A DNA stretch of 64,000 nt from a bacterium (GTDB taxonomy: Bacteria; AUK180): the NCBI GenBank assembly GCA_023144005.1, contig JAGLGN010000006.1, positions 1,841-65,840 on the forward strand, given 5' to 3'. The notes beneath the pieces are model-generated. The model was not told the origin of the DNA and made no database searches. It saw nothing but the letters and a program-made list of their open reading frames with translations. This document shows positions 10,231 through 19,443 of this stretch, piece by piece. A program made the translations under genes and the position numbers. Every line of letters begins with the position of its first letter. The first letter of the stretch is position 1.

Positions 10231-11082
10231 ATGAACATCAAAGACTCGGACATCACGATCAGATTTGCAGATGTTTCCGACAGATCGGGAATTGAAGAGA
10301 TCTCGTCAAAGACGTGGGATGGTGACGATTATCTCGCTGCTGCATTTGAGGAATTCCTCAAAGACGGTTATTTTTATGTCCTTATGTACAAAAATAAGGT
10401 CGCCGGTTGTGCGAAGATGACTCTTTTTCCGGAACACATTCTTTGGCTGGAGGCATTGCGAATTCATCCTGACTTTCAAGGCAGGGGATTCGGCCGCGAT
10501 CTATATAATTTCTGTACTGAGATCGGAATAGCCATGATACGTGATGGAAAGATCAGCGCGATGGAGTTCTCAACCTATTACACGAATTACGGCTCGATCG
10601 CAATGGGCGAAAAGGGCGGGTTCAGCGTGATCGAAAAGCTCTTCGTCCTCACCTATGAGCTTAAGGCAAATGAGGAATTCACGGAGCCGAAGCCAATGAG
10701 ACCTGAATATTCCCAATATTCCAAATGCCGTGGACACATCCCCATCGGCTGGCATTTTGTCAAGAACTCAGAAGCTTCAATGCAATATATTGTCGATAAT
10801 ACCAAAGGATATGAGACGGACGGGATTTACTTCCATCTGGCACAGCCGTATAATTCATGTTATTGCCCTGAGCTTGATGTCAATAATTTCAAAATATTCC
10901 AAAAGGCGCTTAACTTCGTTTTCAAAGGTGAGGGCCATTATGAGATAATGGTGGAGGACAGCAAGGCAGCCCTTGTTCCCCATTTACTGAAAGCGGGTTT
11001 TCAATTCTGGGAAGAGCCGAAAGAACCAAATGTCATCATCTACGGACACAGCGGCAAGAGTGAGCAGAAAAATAGAGGTTAG
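10231..11082 (+). CDS. GNAT-family N-acetyltransferase
   Basis: WLEALRIHPDFQGRGFG acetyl-CoA motif A. Confidence 0.9.
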   Translation: MNIKDSDITIRFADVSDRSGIEEISSKTWDGDDYLAAAFEEFLKDGYFYVLMYKNKVAGCAKMTLFPEHILWLEALRIHPDFQGRGFGRDLYNFCTEIGIAMIRDGKISAMEFSTYYTNYGSIAMGEKGGFSVIEKLFVLTYELKANEEFTEPKPMRPEYSQYSKCRGHIPIGWHFVKNSEASMQYIVDNTKGYETDGIYFHLAQPYNSCYCPELDVNNFKIFQKALNFVFKGEGHYEIMVEDSKAALVPHLLKAGFQFWEEPKEPNVIIYGHSGKSEQKNRG

Positions 11083-11149
11083 AGGCTCGAGGTTAGTGCA
11101 GAAAAGAAATAAAATCCGTCTCTCTCATTCTTTATCCCTCATCCTTCAT

Positions 11150-11240
11150 TTCCCCGCTTGTCACTTGTGCTCTTGTTGCTTGTGCCCTGCGAAGCGTGTT
11201 CCACTGGGTCCACTTGTTCCTGGGTCCACTGCGAAGCTTA
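11150..11240. repeat. Short 7-8-nt tandem repeat tract (CACTTGT / CCACTGGGT)
   Basis: A near-identical TTCCACTGGGTCCACTTGT.CCTGGGTCCACTGCG recurs at ~39848; a related tract lies at ~37255-37315. Confidence 0.7.
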
Positions 11241-11284
11241 ACTTATAAACAATCTTTGCTACATCACACGAGAATGCTTCGCGT

Positions 11285-11971
11285 TCACATATAGATCAAA
11301 TAGACTGCCATTATACCGATATCGGCAAGGAAATGGCTGATGACAGGTGCGTAAATAGATCGATAATGTAATCTCATATGGCCAAAAAAGATCCCTGAAA
11401 GAAAGATCGAAGCGGAAAAAAGGACAGCGGAAGTCGAGGCGAATAATATGCTTGTGGTTACAATGTGATGAAGTGTAAAAAGGCCACTGGAAAACAAAAG
11501 AGCTCTTCGGGGCCCAAAGAAATACCTCAATCCGCCAAGGACATATCCCCTCCAGAAGAATTCTTCCACAGTAGCGTTGGCAATAGTCATGAATACCAGG
11601 AATAATACAATATTCGAATCCGTTACTCCCCATTTGGATGTAAGCTCCAGTATCCCTTCCATATCCAATACGCTGCTTCCGAAGATCCTGAAGAAGATGA
11701 AGATAACGGCGAACATTGCCGCTCCCGTAACAAGGCCGGGAAGGAGGGCCCTTTTAAAATTGTGAAGAGCAATGATTCGGGAAAATGAAAAGTCGAAACC
11801 CCTTGGGAAAATATGAAAAAAAGGCACAAGCAGACATAGGAAGATATGATATCCGATAAAAGTTATCCAGACATTTCCGATATATTTCAAAGAAAAATAG
11901 ATCCAGAAAGAAGCGGAAAGCGCGGATAATATGATTACGAACAGGTCTTTGGGAGGACTTTTTCTACTCAA
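11285..11971 (-). CDS. CPBP (CAAX protease/Abi) family intramembrane metalloprotease
   Basis: EEFFWRG, FTLHH and SHFLAD motifs; multiple TM helices; TTG start. Confidence 0.9.
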   Translation of the reverse strand: MSRKSPPKDLFVIILSALSASFWIYFSLKYIGNVWITFIGYHIFLCLLVPFFHIFPRGFDFSFSRIIALHNFKRALLPGLVTGAAMFAVIFIFFRIFGSSVLDMEGILELTSKWGVTDSNIVLFLVFMTIANATVEEFFWRGYVLGGLRYFFGPRRALLFSSGLFTLHHIVTTSILFASTSAVLFSASIFLSGIFFGHMRLHYRSIYAPVISHFLADIGIMAVYLIYM

Positions 11972-12022
11972 TCCAAAATTCCATTCCCGCCAAACGATGA
12001 CATCAACAACTCCTCTATTTTT

Positions 12023-12090
12023 AGTTTAAAGGAGTTTCAATATTTTGTCAAATCCATGCTTCTTGACAAATACCCACTTTATAGTAAAAT
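12023..12090. promoter_or_regulatory. Back-to-back sigma70-type promoters
   Basis: Minus strand TTGACA-17-TAAACT (12051-12023); plus strand TTGACA-16-TAAAAT (12063-12090), 6 nt before the ATG at 12097. Confidence 0.6.
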
Positions 12091-12111
12091 ATACCGATGG
12101 AAAAAGGGGCC

Positions 12112-12256
12112 AGTGATCTGATTCAGAAATACGACAACAATGGAATGTTTAGATTTGAGTCAATTCCAACGAACAATGAGTGCGGCGTTCCTCGCTCCTT
12201 TCATGCTGAACAAAATAGCATCAGCCATTATCAGGGTATTTATGAATCAGAACACT
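12112..12256 (+). mobile_element. Internally deleted (145-bp) copy of the 273-bp element
   Basis: Both TIRs intact; 128 bp of interior lost at a GCGGCGT microhomology. Confidence 0.88.
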
Positions 12257-13102
12257 AAGATATTTTATTTTACAGGAACCGGAAACACCGCCATCCTTGC
12301 TGGACTTTTTCAAAAGCAATTCGAAAAAGCGAATATAGCCGCTGAGCTATTTCCGACAGAGGAGATCTTGAACAGCGGGAAGCTCCCATCTTTGAGCAAT
12401 TGCTATATCCTTCTAGGATTCCCCGTGCATGCCTTCAATGCGCCGCCCAATGTATTTGACTTTGTTCACCGCCTTCCCCCGGGAATGGGGAAGAAGATCA
12501 TCCTCTTCAAGAATGCCGGGGACCCTATGAAGAACGGAGCTTTCACATGGGTGAAGAAAGTATTGAGAAAAAAAGGATATATCATCTCCTATGAGGCGTC
12601 TTTTGTTATGCCGTCAAATACATTTTTGAAATACCCGCCCGGATTATCTTATGACCTCTATCTTACAGCGAAACTAAGAATAGCAAGTATGGTCAAAGAA
12701 ATAATTGACGGAAAATGTGCTCATGTGAAAAGCAGTTTTGTTATTGATATCCTCGCAAAGCTCTTTATTACATTTAAAGGAAAAGGCACGAAGTATTTCG
12801 GCAGAAAAATAGAGCTAAGCAAGAGTAAATGCTTAAAATGCGGACAATGCGCGGCATCTTGCCCTGTAAATAATATCATACAAAATATGGACGGGTATCC
12901 GGTCTGGGGAACAAAGTGCGCCCTCTGTATGAGATGTATGTATATCTGCAAACAGGACGCCATCAGGCCGGGATATTTAAAATTCTTTAGGATCGCTTCG
13001 GGGTATAATGCGATTGATATGATGACCCCAAGTATTGATGCCTTACCATATAAAAGCCGATTAATAGAACGCATACACAGACATACCGTTAAATATCTTT
13101 GA
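12242..13102 (+). CDS. EFR1-type flavodoxin/4Fe-4S ferredoxin fusion
   Basis: YFTGTGNT flavodoxin loop, GFPVHAF, and CLKCGQCAASCP / CALCMRCMYIC motifs; the first 5 codons come from the element TIR. Confidence 0.88.
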   Translation: MNQNTKIFYFTGTGNTAILAGLFQKQFEKANIAAELFPTEEILNSGKLPSLSNCYILLGFPVHAFNAPPNVFDFVHRLPPGMGKKIILFKNAGDPMKNGAFTWVKKVLRKKGYIISYEASFVMPSNTFLKYPPGLSYDLYLTAKLRIASMVKEIIDGKCAHVKSSFVIDILAKLFITFKGKGTKYFGRKIELSKSKCLKCGQCAASCPVNNIIQNMDGYPVWGTKCALCMRCMYICKQDAIRPGYLKFFRIASGYNAIDMMTPSIDALPYKSRLIERIHRHTVKYL

Positions 13103-13119
13103 CTGAAACTAATCGTAAA

Positions 13120-14049
13120 TTAAACATCCTCTAATTCATAGGTGTAGGAGCCTTTCTGAGATCCGCGCTCCGATAAGATATATTGACCGCAATTCGAACC
13201 GATCTTATTTTCTTCATTCTCTCCGATACTGTGTATCACCTCAAAACCTGTATCTGTAAATTCTTCTGCGAGCCGCTTCTGAAATACCGCGTCAGATGAA
13301 TCCAATCCGTGTTTTACCGCGGAATATGTAGGATTGACCGGAGTGATCTTGATGATGAATTTCTCATTGTCGAAGATATCGGCAAGATGGCGCACGTCAA
13401 CACTGATCTTCTCGGATGCCGCGAAATTCAAGGTGATCTTTCTTTCGCCCCGGGAGAAAAACTTGTTTCCATAATCCGCGATCTGCTGCAGATCCCATTT
13501 GTCTATCGGCATCATATGGTCTCTTTGCGTTTTATCCGTTGAATGAATTGAAAATTGTAATTGAAAATTCTTTCCGTACAGGGTGTTTTTTATCGCGATC
13601 AAGTCCTCGAAAAAACTTTCCGTTCCCAGAGGAGCAATAGAAGATACAGAAGGCATCAGCGCTCCTTTGTATTCATAGCGGTGCGGAAGCTCCCGCAGAA
13701 CATCCAGCACGGCAGAGTTAAGCGACGGTTCTCCCATTCTCGCAAATTGTACCTTCAGCCGCTTCGTCTCTACGATACCTTTGGCATTGGCGGAATACAC
13801 CATATGGTCACATTGAAAAAGGATATCGTCGGAAGTCATCTTGCCATGGTAAGCGCCGCCCGCATCGCAGAATAGACACCCGGAAGGACAACCGAAGAGA
13901 GTGGAAAGTATCATCACCCATTTCTCTGTTTTTGATAATGGGGGCTGTATGGATTCCACGAATTCCACCTTCTTGCCGTCAATATCAGCTATATATACGG
14001 TCGCGATCTCACTTTTTTTCGTTCTTTTAATTACTTGGCGCATGTCCAA
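13120..14049 (-). CDS. RlmN/Cfr-like radical SAM protein lacking the N-terminal RNA-binding extension
   Basis: CPSGCLFC, RMGEP, FSIHS and C-terminal SNCGQ motifs. Confidence 0.85.
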   Translation of the reverse strand: MDMRQVIKRTKKSEIATVYIADIDGKKVEFVESIQPPLSKTEKWVMILSTLFGCPSGCLFCDAGGAYHGKMTSDDILFQCDHMVYSANAKGIVETKRLKVQFARMGEPSLNSAVLDVLRELPHRYEYKGALMPSVSSIAPLGTESFFEDLIAIKNTLYGKNFQLQFSIHSTDKTQRDHMMPIDKWDLQQIADYGNKFFSRGERKITLNFAASEKISVDVRHLADIFDNEKFIIKITPVNPTYSAVKHGLDSSDAVFQKRLAEEFTDTGFEVIHSIGENEENKIGSNCGQYILSERGSQKGSYTYELEDV

Positions 14050-14884
14050 TATCTCTCAGTAATTTCATTGCGGTTCTAAGGCCGTCACCGGCCGCGATAC
14101 CCGCCTGCCTGAAAAGGCCGTTCACTATATCGCCGCAAAAATATATCCCGCTTTGCTTAATATCAGGTCTATATAATGGGGAGGGTTTTCTGCCGCATGC
14201 CAATAGGATGTGATCAAAATCCATGGCAAAATTATCGTCACCCTTCACACGCAGACATATCTTGCCGTGATCACAGAGCGAGATGCCGGCAATTTCGATC
14301 CCTATGTGTATGTCAATATTCTCACACCTTACTACTTCGTTCTGAAGAAGCGGCAGGGCAGTGGAAATAGAACGCTGAACGATATGTACTTCATTTCCCC
14401 TTTCTTCAAGGGTCAAGGCTTGATCATAAGCCGCGTCACTGCCCCCGATAATACAAATGCGCTGGGCGGTCAGCAGCATCTCGCTTACATTATAATGAAT
14501 GTGTGTGTCGGGAAGGTCCTTGAGGCCCTGGATGTTCGGGATTACCGGAACCGTGCCCGCGGCAATAATAACATTACTGCTCACATATTCCTCTGATATA
14601 CTTTTTAGTATCCACTCGCCCTCATGCTTGGAAAGATCAATGATATCGTCCTTAACAAAGGGAATGCGCATCTCATCGAACGCCTCTACCAACCGTCCTG
14701 CGACCTCCTCTCCTTTGAGAGGCGGCATACCGGGGAAATTCTCGACATTCCAGCCATTGGATATCAATCCTCCCGGCAGGGCTTTCTCCACAACCAACAC
14801 TTCCAATCCGCTGCGTTTTAATTGAACAGCAGCGGAAAGGCCCGCGGGACCTGCGCCAACGACCACTATCTGAGTGAAGATCAT
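14027..14884 (-). CDS. Thioredoxin-reductase-like FAD/NAD(P) oxidoreductase without CxxC
   Basis: GAGPAG, VENFPG, IIGGSDAA and CGD...QAGIAAGDG motifs; no redox CxxC. Confidence 0.85.
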   Translation of the reverse strand: MIFTQIVVVGAGPAGLSAAVQLKRSGLEVLVVEKALPGGLISNGWNVENFPGMPPLKGEEVAGRLVEAFDEMRIPFVKDDIIDLSKHEGEWILKSISEEYVSSNVIIAAGTVPVIPNIQGLKDLPDTHIHYNVSEMLLTAQRICIIGGSDAAYDQALTLEERGNEVHIVQRSISTALPLLQNEVVRCENIDIHIGIEIAGISLCDHGKICLRVKGDDNFAMDFDHILLACGRKPSPLYRPDIKQSGIYFCGDIVNGLFRQAGIAAGDGLRTAMKLLRDIGHAPSN

Positions 14885-15540
14885 AGGAGCTCCTTTGAAA
14901 GAGGTGTTAAACCGAAGGCGAATGAGGCATTTTTCAAGGTGTTCTCATGTAATTTTCTCGTATATGCCGCTGTGGTATCTATCGGAATAACGGGAAGAAT
15001 ATCCCGTACAAATGCTGAACGCGCAGACTGCTCCACGCAGAGGTTCGTCATTACTCCGCAGATCACCAACTGAGTGACATCACCTGCTCTCAATATTTTC
15101 TCCAGATCTGTATTATAGAACGGGTCGTAAGTGCTCTTGTGTATAATGTGCATTAATGGGATATCTGCCTTGCTGATCTCAGATATTTCAGATATGAAAG
15201 CAGAGGAAGCATCATCCATCTTTCTTCGCCACCATTTCCCCATATTGATGCCGCTGTCTTCAATGTGTTTTGTAAGAATGATCGGAAGCGAATGCTCGTT
15301 ATAATATTTAATAAGATCCTTTACCTTAGAAATAATTGATGGGGCGGAAGGGATAAAGGCATGGGATTCGGGTGAAAAAAAATATTCCTGCATATCCACA
15401 ATGAGCAGAGCGGAACTATCCATTTGCAATAATGCGGACCTGTCTGGAGAATGCGCAAGAATAGTGTTTTTTATCTCTAATGAAACCTTGTCAATGATAG
15501 ATGATGTGAAATACAATTCCCTCTTAGTGTTCTGATTCAT
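14881..15540 (-). CDS. Isochorismatase/nicotinamidase-family cysteine hydrolase
   Basis: LLIVDMQ, HKSTYDPF and GVMTNLCV (D-K-C triad); the first 5 codons come from the element TIR. Confidence 0.9.
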   Translation of the reverse strand: MNQNTKRELYFTSSIIDKVSLEIKNTILAHSPDRSALLQMDSSALLIVDMQEYFFSPESHAFIPSAPSIISKVKDLIKYYNEHSLPIILTKHIEDSGINMGKWWRRKMDDASSAFISEISEISKADIPLMHIIHKSTYDPFYNTDLEKILRAGDVTQLVICGVMTNLCVEQSARSAFVRDILPVIPIDTTAAYTRKLHENTLKNASFAFGLTPLSKELL

Positions 15541-15798
15541 AAATATGGTGACAATGGAATGTTTAGATTTGAGTCAATTTCAACAAACAATGAGGGCGGT
15601 GTACCCTTGGTGGTACATAAGCGAAGAGAGAGGAAGAAATTTACCAAAGATGATATTCCCTTCGGACTGATGTTCTTTTTCTGTCTTCTTCGTTGCTCGT
15701 TACTTACATACCGCAGTGGGTATGCTGCGCTCCTCGCGCCTTGAATACGAAGCAAAATAGCATCAGCCATTGTTCCCATATTTATGATTCAGATCACT
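15526..15798 (+). mobile_element. 273-bp fold-back MITE-like element
   Basis: 32-bp TIRs match at 28/32; 273 bp; no flanking duplication. Confidence 0.92.
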
Positions 15799-15840
15799 TG
15801 TAAATCCCATCATCTCACTATGATGAAAAAGGCCAGCGGC

Positions 15841-17046
15841 CTAAGCCCCGTATTTTGCCAATTTCCCGGAATGGGCAAGAAGCAGGGGGATCTCATATAA
15901 TGCGTTTATTCTTGACAATGAACCGTTTCGGCAATTTTTCTCTGTAAACGGCATATCGTCCGTTCTCGCAAATTCCGAATGCAGCAGAAGCGGGACGGGA
16001 TGCCAGGAGTGGGCCTTCATCATACATGGGGTCGAATGATCCCCTGTAATGAGCAAGGCATCCGGGTTAAGAGCCAGTATCCTGGGAAGTATCTTGTCGA
16101 ATTCTTCGATAACATGGACTTTCCCGTCATAATTTCCGTCTTCTCCGTAAGAATCGGTCTTCTTAATGTGAAGAAAGTAATAATCATGATCAGAAGCCCA
16201 GTTGCGCTCCAAGGCCGCTGGAATATCTTCCATCTTCTCTCCGACATTCAAAAGGGTCATGCCAACCAAGCTGGCAAGACCTCTGTACATCGGGTACTGC
16301 GCGACGGCGGCGGGACGGAGCGAAAAGCGCTTCTCCATATTGTCAAGACCGGGGTCCTTGGCGAAACCTCTCAAGAGTATTCCGTTTACCTCGTCACCCT
16401 TTAGTATCTCCAGGACATGGTCTATGAACTTATTGACTTTTTCTGTGGTTTTTATAGCTGTATCGGTATCCGCTTCGGCATATTTGTAAGGCAAGCCGTC
16501 CTTTTGCGCATCAGCATCCAGGATATTCGGGACAAGTTCCTCTCCGAGAAATTCCACGACAAAACGGTGTTCCTTCACAGGGTATACTTTGGCTGGGACC
16601 TCTTTAAAATTTTTCAAGCCCGCATTTATCTTTTCACAGACGGTCCGGTTGATATCGGTAGAGATCCTTCCTGCGCGACGGTCAAGAATAACATTGTTCT
16701 TATCCAGGGTACAGAAATTTCCCCTTGCGTACATCCCATTGTCTCTCAATTTAAGATCAATTCCCAATGCTTCCAGAACGCCTCTGCCGATATTGAACTT
16801 CAAAGGGTCATAGCCGAAAAGGGACAAATGCCCCGGGCCGCTGCCCGGAGTAATACCGGGAAAGATCGGGTCGGCTAAGCCCAAAGAGGACGCTCTTGCG
16901 AGTTTATCCAGGTTCGGTGTCTGAGCTTTCTCCAGCGGTGAAGGTGTATTGTTATTATAAATATCCCCTACGCCATCTAATATGATCTGAATGATCCGGC
17001 TATCCGTGGTGGACGCCAACTTTTCAATAACAGAAATATCGTGCAT
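15841..17046 (-). CDS. apgM: 2,3-BPG-independent phosphoglycerate mutase, ApgM type
   Basis: LDGVGD, PGSGPGHLSLFGY and TGDHSTP...HSWHPVP motifs. Confidence 0.92.
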   Translation of the reverse strand: MHDISVIEKLASTTDSRIIQIILDGVGDIYNNNTPSPLEKAQTPNLDKLARASSLGLADPIFPGITPGSGPGHLSLFGYDPLKFNIGRGVLEALGIDLKLRDNGMYARGNFCTLDKNNVILDRRAGRISTDINRTVCEKINAGLKNFKEVPAKVYPVKEHRFVVEFLGEELVPNILDADAQKDGLPYKYAEADTDTAIKTTEKVNKFIDHVLEILKGDEVNGILLRGFAKDPGLDNMEKRFSLRPAAVAQYPMYRGLASLVGMTLLNVGEKMEDIPAALERNWASDHDYYFLHIKKTDSYGEDGNYDGKVHVIEEFDKILPRILALNPDALLITGDHSTPCMMKAHSWHPVPLLLHSEFARTDDMPFTEKNCRNGSLSRINALYEIPLLLAHSGKLAKYGA

Positions 17047-17052
17047 TTGAAC

Positions 17053-17778
17053 TTATTCTTTCTTGTCTTCTGGAGCGGGCTCGGAGGGTTGTTCTTCTTT
17101 TTTCTCTTCCGCAGGAGCTTGCTCTGAACTCTCAGCGCTGACAGGGGTGTCTTCCGGTTTCGAAACAGCTTCCTTTTTTTCCTCAACGGGAGCATCCACC
17201 TTTGCTTCAACAACCGGTGCCTGCTGCTCTACTTTTTCCGCTGGTTTTTCCTCTGTTTTCTCTACTACGGGCTGCGCTTCTACTTTTTCTTCAGCACTGA
17301 CGGCCGTGGTTGCTTCCACTGCTTCTTCCTTCTCTGCTTTGACCTCTTCTTTTTTTACTTCTTTCGGCTGAACTTTCTTGGTCTCGACATGCGGGGCTTT
17401 TTCCTTCTTTTTTGGTTCATACTTTCCCGTAAGCTCAATTATAGCCAACGGAGCGGCGTCACCGGCGCGAATGCCGGTCCTGATAACCCGGACATAGCCG
17501 CCATTTCTGGAATTAAGAAAATCAATGAAATCATCGGTAAATAATTTCAGGAAAGCTTCTTTGGTTCTCAGGAATTTGATCGCGCGCTTCTTAGCGGGAA
17601 GATCGTTCTTTCTTACCCTTGAGAAAAAATTATCAGCATATCTTTTAAGTTCCTTCGCTTTGACTACCGTTGTTTCCATTCTACTGTTCAGGATCAAGCT
17701 GTCCAGAAGATTCCTCATAAGGGCCTTTCTGTGCGCAGCTGTTCTTCCCAGTTTTACGACGTTTTTTCTATGTCTCAT
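17053..17778 (-). CDS. rplQ: 50S ribosomal protein L17 with long low-complexity tail
   Basis: MRHRK..KLGRT.AHRKAL; position after rpoA. Confidence 0.96.
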   Translation of the reverse strand: MRHRKNVVKLGRTAAHRKALMRNLLDSLILNSRMETTVVKAKELKRYADNFFSRVRKNDLPAKKRAIKFLRTKEAFLKLFTDDFIDFLNSRNGGYVRVIRTGIRAGDAAPLAIIELTGKYEPKKKEKAPHVETKKVQPKEVKKEEVKAEKEEAVEATTAVSAEEKVEAQPVVEKTEEKPAEKVEQQAPVVEAKVDAPVEEKKEAVSKPEDTPVSAESSEQAPAEEKKEEQPSEPAPEDKKE

Positions 17779-17783
17779 CTTAA

Positions 17784-18761
17784 TTATCCTTTTTTCTTAA
17801 TGTTCATTCCGAGGTAAAGCCCTCTTTGTTTCAATTTTTCCTCAAGTTCCAGTAGTGATTTTGAACCAAGATTCTTCATTTTCATGAGTTCATCGCGGCC
17901 CATGGTCACAAGTTGTTTCACTTTTCTTATATTTGCGGACCTGAGACAATTAGCGGGGCGTTTTGAAAATTCAAGTTCTTCAATGTCGCAATCCAATAAC
18001 TTCTCTATAGGATCTTTATCTTCATCCTTATTACCGTTACCCACAGAATCGACATCCTCATCAAAGTTCACCAAAGCGGCAAAAATATCCTTTGCGATCT
18101 TGCTGGCATAGGGGAGAAAATTCTCACCGTCAACAGTAGTGTCGTGCCAGATCTCCATAAGGACCTTTTCATAATTTCTTTCTGCTTTGTACCTGATATC
18201 TTCAACAACTTCATATTTGACCTTGGTAACAGGAGAAAAAAGTGCATCGGTGGGAATAAACCCGACCGGTTTATCATCTGTATTCATCTGATCGGACAAT
18301 TGATAGCCCACACCGCGCTTGATATACACATTTAGGTCGACATCGACATCACCGGTTACTTCCAGAATAAGCTGATCTTTGTTGATCACCTTAACGGCAG
18401 AATTGCTTTTCGCGATATCAGCCGCAGTAACAACACATGGTCCCGATTTCTTGATATTGACCTCAACATCCTCTTCAAGGATGGAAAGCCTTATTGATTT
18501 CAGGTTCAGCATGATCTGTGTAGCGTCATGAAGAACTCCTTCCATTGTGGAAAGAGGGTGTTCAAATCCTTCAAGCTTGAATCCGTAAACAGCAGAGCCT
18601 TCTATTGAAGACATGAGTATCCTTCTTACTGTATTTCCTACGGTATTCCCATATCCCCTCATCAAGGGCTCAACCGATACCTTGATGTAGCCTTCTTTTG
18701 ACTTATTTTCTTCGATCTTAAACCCATTAGGTTTTTGAATTAATTCCCAGTTCATTACCAT
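17784..18761 (-). CDS. rpoA: RNA polymerase alpha subunit
   Basis: EPLMRGYGNTVGN..RRIL and alpha-CTD NCL..ANI...NLG.KS motifs. Confidence 0.97.
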   Translation of the reverse strand: MVMNWELIQKPNGFKIEENKSKEGYIKVSVEPLMRGYGNTVGNTVRRILMSSIEGSAVYGFKLEGFEHPLSTMEGVLHDATQIMLNLKSIRLSILEEDVEVNIKKSGPCVVTAADIAKSNSAVKVINKDQLILEVTGDVDVDLNVYIKRGVGYQLSDQMNTDDKPVGFIPTDALFSPVTKVKYEVVEDIRYKAERNYEKVLMEIWHDTTVDGENFLPYASKIAKDIFAALVNFDEDVDSVGNGNKDEDKDPIEKLLDCDIEELEFSKRPANCLRSANIRKVKQLVTMGRDELMKMKNLGSKSLLELEEKLKQRGLYLGMNIKKKG

Positions 18762-18776
18762 AATATTGTTCCCCTA

Positions 18777-19433
18777 TTATCTCGAGTAGTATTCTATTAC
18801 CAGATTCTCTTTGAGCTCTGTGAAATACATTGACTTGATGTCTTCACCTTTAGGAGCCTCAACGACCTCGGCGATCATCAGATCCTTGTTAAACTTCAGC
18901 CATGCCGGAGCTTTCCCTGGATCAACTTCATCCAATCTTTCCTTCAAAGCGGGATGCTTATCAAGAACATTCTTTTTGAACTCTATTACATCTCCCTGTT
19001 TTACCAGGAAAGAGGCGATATCGGCTCTTCTTTGGTTTACTGTAAAAAATCCGTGTGTAACAAGCTGCCTTGCTTCCATTTTGGATCTTCCTATTCCAAG
19101 GCGAAAAATAACCATATCAAGGCGGCTCTCAAGGAGTTTAAAGAGGTTAGAGCTCTTTGTTCCCTTCATAGAACCGGCTTTCTTGACATAATTGGAAAAT
19201 TGTTTTTCTGTAATGAGATAGTATCTTCTTAATTTTTGCTTTTCTCTCAACTGAACGCCGAAATCGGTAAGGCGTCTTCTGAATTTTCTGCCTGCGCCGG
19301 GAACACCTTTGGCTCGTTTCCCTCTGGAGGCCTCTAACGGACATCTATCCGTTTTGCATCTATCGCCTTTGAGGTACAACTTTTCCTGTTCTCTTCGGCA
19401 CAATCTACATTTTGGTCCTGTATATTTTGACAT
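18777..19433 (-). CDS. rpsD: 30S ribosomal protein S4 (Zn-type)
   Basis: True start MSKYTGPKCRLCRRE at 19433; LESRLD; VIEYYSR. Confidence 0.97.
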   Translation of the reverse strand: MSKYTGPKCRLCRREQEKLYLKGDRCKTDRCPLEASRGKRAKGVPGAGRKFRRRLTDFGVQLREKQKLRRYYLITEKQFSNYVKKAGSMKGTKSSNLFKLLESRLDMVIFRLGIGRSKMEARQLVTHGFFTVNQRRADIASFLVKQGDVIEFKKNVLDKHPALKERLDEVDPGKAPAWLKFNKDLMIAEVVEAPKGEDIKSMYFTELKENLVIEYYSR

Positions 19434-19443
19434 ATTGTACTCC

